From Escherichia coli (GTDB lineage Bacteria; Pseudomonadota; Gammaproteobacteria; Enterobacterales; Enterobacteriaceae), in assembly GCF_965641715.1 (NCBI RefSeq), contig NZ_OZ282453.1: a DNA stretch of 64,000 nucleotides; one strand, 5' to 3'. The stretch's first letter is position 1; the number at the start of each line of letters is the position of its first letter. Under the pieces are notes generated by a model. That model had not been told where the DNA came from. It worked only from the letters and a program-made list of their open reading frames with translations, and did no database searches. Positions 41,877 to 52,454 of the stretch are shown here, in pieces. A program made the translations under genes and the position numbers.

Positions 41877-41914
41877 GAAAATGCAAACAACTTCCGGCAA
41901 AAAAGTGATACAAG
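41877..41914. repeat. 37-bp motif shared with the mppA upstream region (copy B, upstream of mpaA)
   Basis: GAAAATGCAAACAACTTCCGGCAAAAAAGTGATACAAG, about 90 nt upstream of the mpaA start. Confidence 0.6.
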
Positions 41915-42003
41915 ATCGATGACATAGCGTTGAAGAAAAGGATTTGATAATCCGCAAAATTTGCACAACACTGCCTGTAATACTTCCTGAACCAGAGACG
42001 ATC

Positions 42004-42732
42004 ATGACCGTAACCCGCCCACGCGCCGAACGCGGCGCATTTCCGCCCGGAACAGAACATTACGGACGTTCATTATTGGGCGCGCCGTTAATCTGGTTTC
42101 CGGCCCCTGCAGCCAGTCGCGAAAGTGGTTTGATTCTGGCTGGCACTCACGGTGATGAAAACTCTTCGGTCGTCACGCTCTCCTGTGCTCTGCGGACTTT
42201 GACACCTTCTTTGCGCCGCCATCATGTGGTGCTGTGTGTGAATCCTGACGGCTGCCAGCTGGGGTTACGGGCCAATGCTAATGGTGTGGATTTAAACAGA
42301 AACTTTCCGGCGGCGAACTGGAAGGAAGGTGAAACGGTTTATCGCTGGAACAGCGCCGCTGAAGAACGTGATGTCGTATTACTGACAGGTGACAAACCTG
42401 GCTCCGAACCTGAAACCCAGGCGCTGTGCCAGCTTATACACCGCATTCAACCTGCCTGGGTGGTCTCATTCCACGATCCACTGGCTTGTATTGAAGATCC
42501 CAGACACAGCGAATTAGGCGAATGGCTGGCCCAGGCGTTTGAATTGCCTCTGGTAACCAGCGTCGGTTATGAAACGCCTGGCTCTTTCGGCAGTTGGTGT
42601 GCAGATCTCAACTTGCATTGCATCACCGCAGAGTTTCCGCCCATCTCCTCCGACGAAGCCAGCGAAAAATATCTCTTTGCGATGGCAAACTTGCTGCGCT
42701 GGCATCCTAAAGATGCAATTCGCCCGTCGTGA
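42004..42732 (+). CDS. mpaA: murein peptide amidase A (gamma-D-Glu-Dap amidase)
   Basis: 242 aa from MTVTRPRAERGAFPPGTEHYG; zinc carboxypeptidase-like. Confidence 0.85.
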   Translation: MTVTRPRAERGAFPPGTEHYGRSLLGAPLIWFPAPAASRESGLILAGTHGDENSSVVTLSCALRTLTPSLRRHHVVLCVNPDGCQLGLRANANGVDLNRNFPAANWKEGETVYRWNSAAEERDVVLLTGDKPGSEPETQALCQLIHRIQPAWVVSFHDPLACIEDPRHSELGEWLAQAFELPLVTSVGYETPGSFGSWCADLNLHCITAEFPPISSDEASEKYLFAMANLLRWHPKDAIRPS

Positions 42733-43672
42733 ACTGAAGCGCCGGTTCCACATCTACCGCCAGCCAGGTCGGTCCGTCAAGATCGGCGAAACTGACCTGC
42801 GGCACCAGCGGTAAAGCGGCGCTAATGGCACGAGAGGTACACAACATGCAGCCCAGCATCAGACGAAAACCTTGTGCACGCGCTTCAGTTGCCAGCGCCA
42901 GCGCTTCCGTCAGACCACCGGTTTTATCGAGCTTAATATTAACCATCTCATAGCGCCCTTTCAGCGCCTTCAAATTGCTACGAGTATGACAACTTTCATC
43001 AGCACAAATCGGCAACGGATGAATAAAATTCTCCAGCGCCGCATCGTCCTGCGCAGGAAGCGGTTGTTCAAGCATCGCAACGCCTAAATCCGCCAATAGC
43101 TGGCAACGTGCCGCCAACCCTTCTGCACGCCAGGATTCATTTGCATCAACGATCAGCGTGGCATCGGGCACAGCTGTGCGAATTGCCACCATCCGCTCAC
43201 TGATAAGATGGTTATCCAGCTTCACTTTCAGTAATTTCGCGCCGGCCTGCCAGAGTGTTGATGCACTATTGGCCATCTGATCAGGCGTACCGATGACTAC
43301 CGTCTGTGCAGTGATAACTGTCTCGGGAAGCGTTATGCCGATCAAATCAGCCAGCGATTGCTGCTGTTTTCGCGCCGCCAGATCCCACAATGCACAATCC
43401 AGCGCATTACGTGCTGCGCCGGCAGGGAGAATTTTTTGCAACTCCTCCCGTGTCAGCCCTTTCTCTAATTGCGGCACGACGCTCATAATTTGCGCCATTA
43501 CCGCGGCATCACTTTCTCCATAACGCGGATACGGCGTGCATTCGCCGGTGCCTTTAATGCCTTCTTCTTCCAGTTCAACCACCACCACGCGCGCTTCACT
43601 GCGACTTCCCCGGGCAATCACAAACGGGGTATGTAAGGGCCAGGCTTCCTCAAATACCTTAACGGTTCTCAT
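42707..43672 (-). CDS. ycjG: L-Ala-D/L-Glu epimerase YcjG (enolase superfamily)
   Basis: 321 aa. Confidence 0.9.
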   Translation of the reverse strand: MRTVKVFEEAWPLHTPFVIARGSRSEARVVVVELEEEGIKGTGECTPYPRYGESDAAVMAQIMSVVPQLEKGLTREELQKILPAGAARNALDCALWDLAARKQQQSLADLIGITLPETVITAQTVVIGTPDQMANSASTLWQAGAKLLKVKLDNHLISERMVAIRTAVPDATLIVDANESWRAEGLAARCQLLADLGVAMLEQPLPAQDDAALENFIHPLPICADESCHTRSNLKALKGRYEMVNIKLDKTGGLTEALALATEARAQGFRLMLGCMLCTSRAISAALPLVPQVSFADLDGPTWLAVDVEPALQFTTGELHL

Positions 43673-43790
43673 CTTTACTCCTTGTTATCGCGGTGGTCTG
43701 CGGATTAAGCGCAAATAGCGTTTGCTGTGTTATTGACAGTTAGCATAAACTAGGTGTGACGTTAACTATATGTAAACAGGAAAGATAATC

Positions 43791-44297
43791 ATGTCACAAA
43801 CCGTTCATTTCCAGGGCAACCCGGTTACAGTCGCCAATTCCATCCCGCAGGCGGGTAGCAAAGCGCAGACTTTTACTCTCGTGGCAAAAGATCTGTCTGA
43901 CGTCACCCTCGGTCAGTTTGCGGGTAAACGCAAAGTGCTGAACATTTTCCCGAGTATTGATACCGGTGTTTGCGCCGCATCAGTACGTAAGTTTAACCAA
44001 CTGGCAACCGAGATCGACAACACCGTTGTGCTGTGTATCTCTGCCGATCTGCCGTTCGCCCAGTCTCGTTTCTGCGGCGCAGAAGGTCTGAACAACGTTA
44101 TCACCCTCTCCACTTTCCGTAACGCTGAATTCCTGCAAGCCTACGGTGTGGCAATTGCTGATGGCCCACTGAAAGGTCTGGCAGCGCGTGCCGTTGTGGT
44201 TATTGATGAAAATGACAATGTGATTTTCAGTCAGCTGGTGGATGAAATCACCACCGAGCCGGATTACGAAGCAGCTCTGGCTGTACTGAAAGCATAA
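43791..44297 (+). CDS. tpx: thiol peroxidase Tpx
   Basis: 168 aa; [26 protein letters not shown] matches Tpx. Confidence 0.95.
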   Translation: MSQTVHFQGNPVTVANSIPQAGSKAQTFTLVAKDLSDVTLGQFAGKRKVLNIFPSIDTGVCAASVRKFNQLATEIDNTVVLCISADLPFAQSRFCGAEGLNNVITLSTFRNAEFLQAYGVAIADGPLKGLAARAVVVIDENDNVIFSQLVDEITTEPDYEAALAVLKA

Positions 44298-44302
44298 GTT
44301 AA

Positions 44303-44335
44303 TATGCCTGATGGTGTTGCACCATCAGGCATATT
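44303..44335. terminator. bidirectional hairpin between convergent tpx and tyrR
   Basis: Perfect inverted repeat ATATGCCTGATGGTG-TTG-CACCATCAGGCATAT. Confidence 0.5.
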
Positions 44336-44340
44336 CGCGC

Positions 44341-45882
44341 TTACTCTTCGTTCTTCTTCTGACTCAGACCATATTCCCGCAACTTATTGGCAATCGCGGT
44401 ATGTGAAACGCCGAGACGTTTTGCCAGTTTGCGCGTGCTGGGATAATTGCGATAAAGCTGGGTTAATACCGAGCGTTCAAAACGGCTGGTGATTTCATCC
44501 AGCGAACCTTCCATCGCATCTTCGCCCACGGCTACCGTTGCGGCGTCATAATCCGGCAACAAAATATCCTGTGGACGCAGTTCATAACCGTCCAGTTGTG
44601 TCAGTGCGCGATAGATAGCGTTCTTTAACTGCCGCACATTTCCCGGCCACGCATAACGCGTAAGTACAGTATTCAGGTCAGCGGCCAGTTTCGGACGCGG
44701 CACGCCCTGCTCGTCGGCAAAGCGGGCGACGAACAGCTCAGTTAACGGCATGATGTCCTGCGGACAGTCACGTAGCGGCGGCAGATTGAGCGTCAACACG
44801 TTCAGACGATAATAGAGATCTTCACGGAACATGCCTTTTTGCACCAGTTCGACCAGATTCTTCTGCGTAGCGCAAATCACCCGCACATCGACATGCACCT
44901 CATGGTCTTCGCCAACCCGACGGAAAGTGCCATCATTAAGGAAACGCAGTAATTTCGCCTGCATCCGTGGTGACATCTCACCTATTTCATCCAACAGCAC
45001 CGAACCACCGTTCGCCTGCTCAAAGAATCCTTTCTTCCCTTCCGGAGCATGACCAAACAGCTCACTCTCGACCGCATCTTCCGGTATAGACGCACAGTTC
45101 AGCGCCAGGTAAGGTTTGCTCGCTCTTGGGCTTGCCTGATGGCAGGCGTAGGCAAAAAGATCTTTACCTGTACCTGTGTCACCCGTAATCAGCAGCGGCG
45201 CGCTTAGCATCGCCAGTTTCTGCGCCTGTTCGACAACATGCTTCATTTTCGGGCTGACAGCGACAATTTGACTGAAGGCGCTGACGTCCTGGGCGGCGAC
45301 ATTTTGCAACTGACGGCCCATACGAATCGTTGATCGCAACATCACCACCGCACCTGTCAGGACGTGTTGATCATTTTCATCCTGAAGATAAACAGGCGTA
45401 ATCTCCATCAGGAAGTTCTGTCCATTAATAACAACATGCTCGTTATGGGAATCTTGCGGTTCGCTTTCCAGCCAACGTAAAAAATTAAAGCCGTTAATCA
45501 ATTGTGCGGCGGTATGGTTGCGCAGGCGATCCAATTTTTGCCCAAAAAGCTGACAGCTCGCCGGGTTCGCCATATCCACTTTGCTTTTCATATCGACAGA
45601 GAGCACAGGTTCAGGCAACGCCTCCAGTAACGCGCTCAACGCCAGATGCTCACGTTCGGAAGGCATCCACGGGACAGTACGCACATCGGTAACACCTGCA
45701 ATACGGCGTATTTCGGCCATCAGACTGCTGAAACTCTCAAACTCCAGTTCAGCAAAATTGAGGTAGATTCGCCCAATGGGATCAATCTCAATACCGCGTA
45801 AATCAATGCCTCTTAGCACGAGTAGATCGAGTAATTCGCGGGTCAGACCGAGTCGGTCTTCACAAAAGACTTCCAGACGCAT
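44341..45882 (-). CDS. tyrR: transcriptional regulator TyrR (sigma-54-interaction-type AAA+ domain, HTH)
   Basis: 513 aa from MRLEVFCEDRLGLTRELLDLL. Confidence 0.9.
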   Translation of the reverse strand: MRLEVFCEDRLGLTRELLDLLVLRGIDLRGIEIDPIGRIYLNFAELEFESFSSLMAEIRRIAGVTDVRTVPWMPSEREHLALSALLEALPEPVLSVDMKSKVDMANPASCQLFGQKLDRLRNHTAAQLINGFNFLRWLESEPQDSHNEHVVINGQNFLMEITPVYLQDENDQHVLTGAVVMLRSTIRMGRQLQNVAAQDVSAFSQIVAVSPKMKHVVEQAQKLAMLSAPLLITGDTGTGKDLFAYACHQASPRASKPYLALNCASIPEDAVESELFGHAPEGKKGFFEQANGGSVLLDEIGEMSPRMQAKLLRFLNDGTFRRVGEDHEVHVDVRVICATQKNLVELVQKGMFREDLYYRLNVLTLNLPPLRDCPQDIMPLTELFVARFADEQGVPRPKLAADLNTVLTRYAWPGNVRQLKNAIYRALTQLDGYELRPQDILLPDYDAATVAVGEDAMEGSLDEITSRFERSVLTQLYRNYPSTRKLAKRLGVSHTAIANKLREYGLSQKKNEE

Positions 45883-45952
45883 GGGAACCTTCACCTGAAA
45901 AAAGAACAATTAATATGATGATATGACACTATTTGGATAGCAGGAAGGTTTC

Positions 45953-45970
45953 TGTCAACAATCATTGACA
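45953..45970. promoter_or_regulatory. candidate TyrR box (TGTCAACAATCATTGACA) in the tyrR promoter
   Basis: Palindrome TGTCAA-N6-TTGACA resembling TyrR-box consensus TGTAAA-N6-TTTACA, about 70 nt upstream of the tyrR start. Confidence 0.4.
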
Positions 45971-46029
45971 CAAAGACGGAAAAACGGGCACTTCGGCGTA
46001 AAGATATCCGGTCAGCACCCGATATTGCA

Positions 46030-47091
46030 TTATTTTTCGCTGGGCGTTTTGCCTTTTTGCAGCGTTTCTTTCACCTGACCGATAAGCTGACGACGGAAAT
46101 CCCCGAGGCGAGGTTTGTCATCGTCAATCCACGGCAGTGGGCGGCAAAGCTCCATAGCTTTAATCCCGAGTCGTGCCGTCAGAAGCCCAGCACCAATCCC
46201 CTGAGCTGCGCGGGTAGACAAACGAGCAGCGAGATCTTGCGACATCCAGTCCATCCCCACTTCGCGCACCAATTCGCTGGCTCCGGCGAAAGCGATATTC
46301 AGCAATACCAGCTTGAACAGGCGCAAACGGCTGTAATACCCCAGTTCAATGCCATACAGCGTGGCGATGCGATTAATCAAACGCAGATTGCGCCAGGCGA
46401 TAAATGCCATATCCACCAGCGCCAGCGGGCTGACCGCAATCATCAACGTTGATTCCGCTGCCGAACGGCTGATTTCGCGCCGCGCCTGGGCATCTAAAAC
46501 TGGCTGGACCAAATGCGCATACAAACTGACCACTTCACGGTCGTTTTGCGTTTCATGGATTGAGGCATACCAGCGTTGCAGCGCCGGATGTGACTGATCG
46601 ATGCCCGCCTGCTGCGCCAGTTTTTCGCAAAATGCGCGGCCTTTGCCCGTGCCGTGGCTATGCAATAAATCACGCGCTTCGTCGCGTTCATGGGCGCGCT
46701 GTCGCAAGCGCCATAAGCGCCGCCACTCTGTTACCACGGAACCTACGCCAGCGCCGATAATCAATGCCCCAGCGGCACATCCACCCAGCGCTACCCAGTC
46801 CTGGGTTTGCCAGGCATTCATTGTCCACTGTATACCCTGCCCGACAACGCTTGCGCCAAACAGAGCCAGCCCGCCCATCACCATTTTGCGCCACAGGCTG
46901 CGTTTCGGACGTAACGCTGCGTCCATTACCGCTTCGACTTGCCCCTCTTCTTCCTGCGCTTCGTCGAGCGTGGCCGGGGCAAAATTTTGCGCCTGATTTT
47001 CGTCAAAGGTCTGCTGCGCCCTGAATTTTGGATTCTGATCGACCTCCAGCGGACCGTCGAAATCAATACGTGGTTTTAACGGTTCGGTCAT
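46030..47091 (-). CDS. ycjF: inner-membrane protein YcjF (DUF697)
   Basis: 353 aa; overlaps ycjX stop (ATGA). Confidence 0.85.
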   Translation of the reverse strand: MTEPLKPRIDFDGPLEVDQNPKFRAQQTFDENQAQNFAPATLDEAQEEEGQVEAVMDAALRPKRSLWRKMVMGGLALFGASVVGQGIQWTMNAWQTQDWVALGGCAAGALIIGAGVGSVVTEWRRLWRLRQRAHERDEARDLLHSHGTGKGRAFCEKLAQQAGIDQSHPALQRWYASIHETQNDREVVSLYAHLVQPVLDAQARREISRSAAESTLMIAVSPLALVDMAFIAWRNLRLINRIATLYGIELGYYSRLRLFKLVLLNIAFAGASELVREVGMDWMSQDLAARLSTRAAQGIGAGLLTARLGIKAMELCRPLPWIDDDKPRLGDFRRQLIGQVKETLQKGKTPSEK

Positions 47092-48485
47092 CGCAATTTA
47101 TCTCCTATTAAAAATTCCAGCGCAGCATCAAGACGAATATGCGGTAGTGGTTTGTCGACATCCATCACCTGCGGACGAAATGCCTCAAACTGGAAGCCTT
47201 GCTTATCCCAGAACGCCTGACCAGGCAAACGTGCGGGAACTTCGCCAGGATAAACAGTGAGCGGTGCGCCATCGCTAAGTCGATTACCGCGCAGCGCCGG
47301 GATTTTCTCACCGTTAACATCAATAATGCCACTGGTGGTCGCCTGAACTGACGCCAGCCCCAGGCAATCCATGCTGATCCCTTCGAACGCCGCATTTTGC
47401 CAGGCATCCTGAATTAGTTGTTGCAGCAATGAAACCATATTGGCGTGCTGATCGATGGTCACATGGTCCGCTTTAGTGGCAGCAAACAATAGCTTATCGA
47501 TAACCGGCGAAAACAAACGCCTGAACAGGGTACGCTGCCCATAGTGGAAACTTTGCATCAGCTGCGTCAGCGCCAGACGCATATCATTAAATGCCTGTGG
47601 CCCACTGTTGAGAGGTTGCAGGCAATCCACCAGCACAATCTGGCGGTCAAAGCGCAGAAAATGATTCTTATAGAACCCCTTCACCACTTTCTCGCAGTAA
47701 TAATTAAACCGCTCGCGCAGCATTCCGGCATTGGTGTGCTTATCGGCCTGCGCCAGTTTGGACTCGCCCCAGGCATCGACATCCGGCCACGGGAAGAATT
47801 GCAGCGCGGGCGCACCTGCCATATCCCCCGGCAAGACAAAGCGCCCAGGCTGAATAAAGTGCAGCCCCTGCTGTTTACAGTGGTGGAGATAATCGGTCCA
47901 CGCGGCGGCAATGTCTGCCAGCCGGTTTTCGTCGGCAGGCGCTAGCGGGTCCAGCCCTTCGCACATCATTCGCCATTTCGCCGACCATTCGCCGCGCTGA
48001 CCATTGAGTAAGCCCGTCATCTGGCGCGACCAGCTTAAATAGTCCTGCGCCAGCATCGGCAGGTCGAGCAACCATTCGCCAGGGTAATCCACAATCTCCA
48101 GATACAGCGTGGAGGTATCCTTAAAGTGGCGCAGCAGCGAATCGTTCGATTTATAGCGTAGCGCCAGGCGAATTTCGCTGACGCCGCGCGTTGGCGTCGG
48201 CCAGGCGGGTGGATCGCCATATAACTGCGCCAGCCCTTCATCATAGGTGAAGCGCGGAATGCCAAAGTCACGCTGGGGAATGCGTTTTACGCCCAGCAAG
48301 CGCTCTTCACGCACCGCGCTTAACAGCGGCAAACGTGCTCCGGCATGAATATTGAGCAACTGATTAACCATCGCGGTGATAAACGCTGTTTTGCCGCTGC
48401 GGCTAAGTCCGGTTACAGCGAGGCGCAGATGTCTGTCGACACCCCGATTCACCAGCGCATTGAGTTCATTTTTAAGTCGCTTCAT
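47088..48485 (-). CDS. ycjX: P-loop NTPase YcjX
   Basis: 465 aa from [12 protein letters not shown]; Walker A GLSRSGKT. Confidence 0.85.
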   Translation of the reverse strand: MKRLKNELNALVNRGVDRHLRLAVTGLSRSGKTAFITAMVNQLLNIHAGARLPLLSAVREERLLGVKRIPQRDFGIPRFTYDEGLAQLYGDPPAWPTPTRGVSEIRLALRYKSNDSLLRHFKDTSTLYLEIVDYPGEWLLDLPMLAQDYLSWSRQMTGLLNGQRGEWSAKWRMMCEGLDPLAPADENRLADIAAAWTDYLHHCKQQGLHFIQPGRFVLPGDMAGAPALQFFPWPDVDAWGESKLAQADKHTNAGMLRERFNYYCEKVVKGFYKNHFLRFDRQIVLVDCLQPLNSGPQAFNDMRLALTQLMQSFHYGQRTLFRRLFSPVIDKLLFAATKADHVTIDQHANMVSLLQQLIQDAWQNAAFEGISMDCLGLASVQATTSGIIDVNGEKIPALRGNRLSDGAPLTVYPGEVPARLPGQAFWDKQGFQFEAFRPQVMDVDKPLPHIRLDAALEFLIGDKLR

Positions 48486-48639
48486 TGCTGTCCTGTGCTG
48501 CTCTGAAGACCAGAAAAAAATCGTTCGTAAGGATATGAATGTGGGGGCCAGGCCATTGATTATCAACTGCCCGTGTTGTCATCGACGGGCGAACTCCATA
48601 AGATGTGCAGCATTCACGTTCGGACGGAGTTCCTGACCT

Positions 48640-49638
48640 ATGTCCCCTACTATTTATGATATTGCCAGGGTTGCAGGCGTATCAAAATCCACCGTATCAC
48701 GCGTGCTGAATAAGCAAACCAATATCTCCCCGGAAGCGCGCGAAAAAGTGTTACGGGCCATTGAAGAATTACAGTATCAACCAAACAAGCTGGCCCGCGC
48801 GCTGACCTCTTCGGGTTTTGATGCCATTATGGTGATTTCTACCCGTTCGACCAAAACTACGGCGGGTAATCCGTTTTTCTCTGAAGTTTTGCATGCCATC
48901 ACCGCCAAAGCTGAAGAAGAAGGTTTCGACGTGATATTGCAGACGTCGCACAACCCGGCAGAAGATCTGCAAAAATGTGAAAGTAAAATTAAGCAGAAAA
49001 TGATTAAAGGCATTATTATGCTAAGCTCGCCTGCTGATGAATCGTTTTTTGCGCAACTTGATAAATACGATATTCCGGTGGTGGTGATTGGCAAAGTTGA
49101 AGGTCAATATGCCCATGTTTATTCTGTCGATACCGATAATTTTGGCGACAGCATTGCGTTGACCGATGCGTTAATTGAAAGTGGACATCAAAATATTGCC
49201 TGTCTGCATGCACCGCTTGATGTCCATGTTTCAGTGGATCGGGTAAATGGTTATAAGCAGAGTCTGGAAGATCATAATATTGCAGTGCGTGATGAATGGA
49301 TTGTTGATGGCGGTTATACCCATGAAACAGCACTGCAAGCAGCACGGCAATTATTAAGTCAGTCACCGTTGCCTGAGGCAGTGTTTGCCACTGACAGCCT
49401 GAAATTAATGAGCATTTATCGTGCGGCGGCAGAGAAAAACATTGCTATTCCGCAGCAGTTAGCGGTGGTGGGTTATAGCAATGAAACGCTGTCATTTATT
49501 TTAACGCCTGCACCGGGCGGCATCGATGTTCCGACGCAGGAGTTAGGTCAACAAAGCTGCGAGTTATTATTCCGCTTAATTTCTGGAAAACCGTCACCAC
49601 AGAATATTACCGTTGCCACGCATATGACGCTGAAATAA
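48640..49638 (+). CDS. ycjW: LacI-family transcriptional regulator YcjW
   Basis: 332 aa; N-terminal LacI HTH ([21 protein letters not shown]). Confidence 0.85.
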   Translation: MSPTIYDIARVAGVSKSTVSRVLNKQTNISPEAREKVLRAIEELQYQPNKLARALTSSGFDAIMVISTRSTKTTAGNPFFSEVLHAITAKAEEEGFDVILQTSHNPAEDLQKCESKIKQKMIKGIIMLSSPADESFFAQLDKYDIPVVVIGKVEGQYAHVYSVDTDNFGDSIALTDALIESGHQNIACLHAPLDVHVSVDRVNGYKQSLEDHNIAVRDEWIVDGGYTHETALQAARQLLSQSPLPEAVFATDSLKLMSIYRAAAEKNIAIPQQLAVVGYSNETLSFILTPAPGGIDVPTQELGQQSCELLFRLISGKPSPQNITVATHMTLK

Positions 49639-49652
49639 ATACCAGCTACCTT

Positions 49653-49737
49653 GCCTGAATGCCGGATGCGATGCTAGCGCATCTTATCCGGCCTACATTT
49701 ATAGATCGGATAAAGTACTCGCGCCGCATCCGGCAAT
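49653..49737. repeat. REP/BIME elements (two palindromic units)
   Basis: GCCGGATGCGATGCTAGCGCATCTTATCCGGCC ... GCGCCGCATCCGGCA between ycjW and ompG. Confidence 0.55.
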
Positions 49738-49748
49738 TTAGCCCATTA

Positions 49749-50654
49749 TCAGAACGAGTAATTTACGCCGACACCTGCATAATGGAATTTATCGCTGTCG
49801 CCTTCGTCGTGATCCTGCCACTCAAACGCGTATTCCAGCGAAACGGAAAGTCCGTTCTGGAAATCATAACCGTAAAATAAACCAACACGGTTAAAATCAT
49901 GGCCTTCACGTTCAATATCATCCTGCCAGTCCCAGTTACTCCAGCGATCCAGCCCAATGCGCGTATACGGCGTCACCGAGTGGTTGCCGAGCGTCAGCGG
50001 CAAATAGGCGCGAATTTCTTGCGTGGAAAACTCACCGTTATTGCGGCTGTCGTCCATATTGAAGCCGCGCTCGAGATAATAGTTCACTCGCAAAGCAACC
50101 GTTTCGTTGAAGGTATATTGCAGACCTGTTTCCGTTTCGACACGGGTATCAGCGTAACCGGTCGTGTTCAAATCGTTGGCAAATTTATACATCGACAACC
50201 AACCGTTGAAACGTAAATCGTCAGTCAGTTTCACATCCCAGTCTGGCGCGATTTTCCAGCGCTGCATATTCGCCGTGTCTTTACCCGGTTCATCAACGTA
50301 GTGATAACCATAATTACGGAAACCACCGGTCAAGCCGAAACTGAAATCATCGCTTTCGAGGAACTGATAATGCACCTCCAGCTCCGGGCGATCAAACCAC
50401 GTTCCACGTTTACCCGCGCTATAATCTACCGGCCCTTCCTGATAATAGGCCAGAGAAATTCTCCACGGCCCGTTGGCGGCATTAAAATAGACAGAAGGCT
50501 CCGCCAGCCCATCCATATCTTCGCCATAACCCTCGACGTTTTCTATTTCGTACATCGCGCCGATATTAAAGTGCCAGTCGTTCTTTTCCTCGGCCTGTGC
50601 GCAGGCCATTCCCGCACACATCACCAGTGCGGTACAGGGTAATAACTTTTTCAT
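49749..50654 (-). CDS. ompG: outer-membrane porin OmpG
   Basis: 301 aa; signal peptide MKKLLPCTALVMCAGMACA; C-terminal ...GVNYSF beta-barrel signature. Confidence 0.9.
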   Translation of the reverse strand: MKKLLPCTALVMCAGMACAQAEEKNDWHFNIGAMYEIENVEGYGEDMDGLAEPSVYFNAANGPWRISLAYYQEGPVDYSAGKRGTWFDRPELEVHYQFLESDDFSFGLTGGFRNYGYHYVDEPGKDTANMQRWKIAPDWDVKLTDDLRFNGWLSMYKFANDLNTTGYADTRVETETGLQYTFNETVALRVNYYLERGFNMDDSRNNGEFSTQEIRAYLPLTLGNHSVTPYTRIGLDRWSNWDWQDDIEREGHDFNRVGLFYGYDFQNGLSVSLEYAFEWQDHDEGDSDKFHYAGVGVNYSF

Positions 50655-50698
50655 TATTGTTCCTTGTATTATCCTGGGGGAATGCCTTCCCCCTGTAT

Positions 50699-51781
50699 TT
50701 AGCGAATTGCTATTTCCGTTTCTGCATCAAAGAAATGACATTTAGTCATATCAAAATGAATAGTGATATTTTCTCCTGCATGATAATCATTTAACGCACC
50801 AGCACGGACCACTAACTCGTGCCCCCCAACCGTGGTGTAGAGCATAAATTCCGCACCGGTTAATTCTGCCACGCTAATTTTGGCGGAAATGTTATTTTCC
50901 TCTTGCGCGTCCGGATGAATATCTTCCGGGCGTATTCCCATCACGATGGGCTTATGCAAACTTTCCTGTGTTTTCAGAACCGCTAATTTCTCTTCGGGAA
51001 TGGTTAATTTAAGCGTTTCCGTAACGAATTTATCGCCATCGATCGTGCCGCGAATAAAATTCATCGCTGGTGATCCAATAAATCCGGCAACAAACATATT
51101 CGCGGGTTGGTTATAAACGGTTTTCGGCGCACCCACTTGCTGAACAATCCCGTCTTTCATAATCACAATCCGCGTCGCCATGGTCATCGCTTCGGTCTGA
51201 TCGTGGGTCACGTAGATCATGGTGGTGTTCAGTTTCTGATGCAGCTTGCTGATCTCTGCGCGCATTTGTACGCGCAGCTTGGCATCAAGGTTAGAGAGCG
51301 GTTCATCCATTAAAAACACGCCCGCTTCGCGTACAATCGCCCGCCCGAGCGCCACTCGCTGACGTTGCCCGCCGGAAAGCGCGCCCGGCTTGCGTTTCAG
51401 GTACTCACGCAGGCCGAGAATTTGCGCCGCCCAGTTCACCCGCTCATCAATCACCTCTTTGGCGATTTTTTGCATCTTCAGGCCAAACGCCATGTTGTCG
51501 TAAACCGTCATATGCGGATACAACGCGTAGTTCTGGAACACCATCGCGATATTGCGTGCTTTGGCTGGAACGTCATTCATTCGTTTGCCGTCGATCAACA
51601 GATCGCCGCCGCTGATCTCCTCAAGCCCGGCAATCATGCGCAGGGTGGTCGATTTACCGCAGCCCGACGGGCCGACAAATACGATGAACTCTTTATCGGC
51701 AATTTCCAGGTTGAAGTCCTTCACCACATGCACCTGGTTATCGTAGATTTTTTGAATATGTTGTAACGAAAGCTGAGCCAT
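50699..51781 (-). CDS. ycjV: sugar ABC transporter ATP-binding protein YcjV (intact 360 aa)
   Basis: Walker A GPSGCGKST, ABC signature LSGGQRQR. Confidence 0.85.
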   Translation of the reverse strand: MAQLSLQHIQKIYDNQVHVVKDFNLEIADKEFIVFVGPSGCGKSTTLRMIAGLEEISGGDLLIDGKRMNDVPAKARNIAMVFQNYALYPHMTVYDNMAFGLKMQKIAKEVIDERVNWAAQILGLREYLKRKPGALSGGQRQRVALGRAIVREAGVFLMDEPLSNLDAKLRVQMRAEISKLHQKLNTTMIYVTHDQTEAMTMATRIVIMKDGIVQQVGAPKTVYNQPANMFVAGFIGSPAMNFIRGTIDGDKFVTETLKLTIPEEKLAVLKTQESLHKPIVMGIRPEDIHPDAQEENNISAKISVAELTGAEFMLYTTVGGHELVVRAGALNDYHAGENITIHFDMTKCHFFDAETEIAIR

Positions 51782-51794
51782 GTTGATTCCTTTG

Positions 51795-52454
51795 CTATAC
51801 GTTTTGCCAGAAGGCCGATAACCGCGACCAGGTCAGGGAGTCCGTTGAAGGCAACAGTAATTGCGCCCCGGTTAAGCCCGCGCCGATCCCCACCGAGCGC
51901 ATACCGCTGGCGTTAATGGCGTCAATGCCCGCCTGCGCATCTTCAATGCCGATACATGCTTGCGGCGGCACGCCCAGCCCGGCACAGGCAGCGAGAAAGA
52001 TTTCCGGATCCGGTTTCGAGTTTTTAAGTTGGGAAGCATCCGCGCAGAAGGTGAAAAACTCGCGCAGCTCCAGCGCCGCTAAAATCGTCGGCGCATTCAG
52101 GGAGACGGAAGCCAGCCCTACCGGGATCTGCTGTGCGCGGAGATCTGCCAGCAAAGGCCGGATCCCCGGCAGAACGGCATTAACCGTCAGTTCGCGCAGT
52201 GAGTGGACGTAGAGCAGATTTTTGCGATACGCCAGTTGCGCCCGCTCCTGCGAGTTAAAGTCGCCCTCTTTGCCCCCGTATTGCAGAATGCGCCGCAGAG
52301 ACTCATCGCGGCTGATCCCTTTTAGGGATTCGTTAAACTGCGCATCAATGCTGATGCCAATTTCAGCGGCAATCTGCTGCCACGCCTGGAAATGCAGATG
52401 CGCGGTATCGGTGATTACACCATCCAGATCGAAAATTACCCCTTGCAGTTTCAT
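51795..52454 (-). CDS. ycjU: beta-phosphoglucomutase YcjU
   Basis: 219 aa; HAD motif [10 protein letters not shown]. Confidence 0.9.
   Translation of the reverse strand: MKLQGVIFDLDGVITDTAHLHFQAWQQIAAEIGISIDAQFNESLKGISRDESLRRILQYGGKEGDFNSQERAQLAYRKNLLYVHSLRELTVNAVLPGIRPLLADLRAQQIPVGLASVSLNAPTILAALELREFFTFCADASQLKNSKPDPEIFLAACAGLGVPPQACIGIEDAQAGIDAINASGMRSVGIGAGLTGAQLLLPSTDSLTWSRLSAFWQNV

Noticed and set aside
46057-47024. Plus-strand ORFs (46057..46452, 46349..46597, 46601..46996, 46764..47024) antisense to ycjF
   Set aside because: Overlap the conserved ycjF gene on the opposite strand; Arg/Ala/Pro-rich translations consistent with antisense reading of a GC-rich gene.
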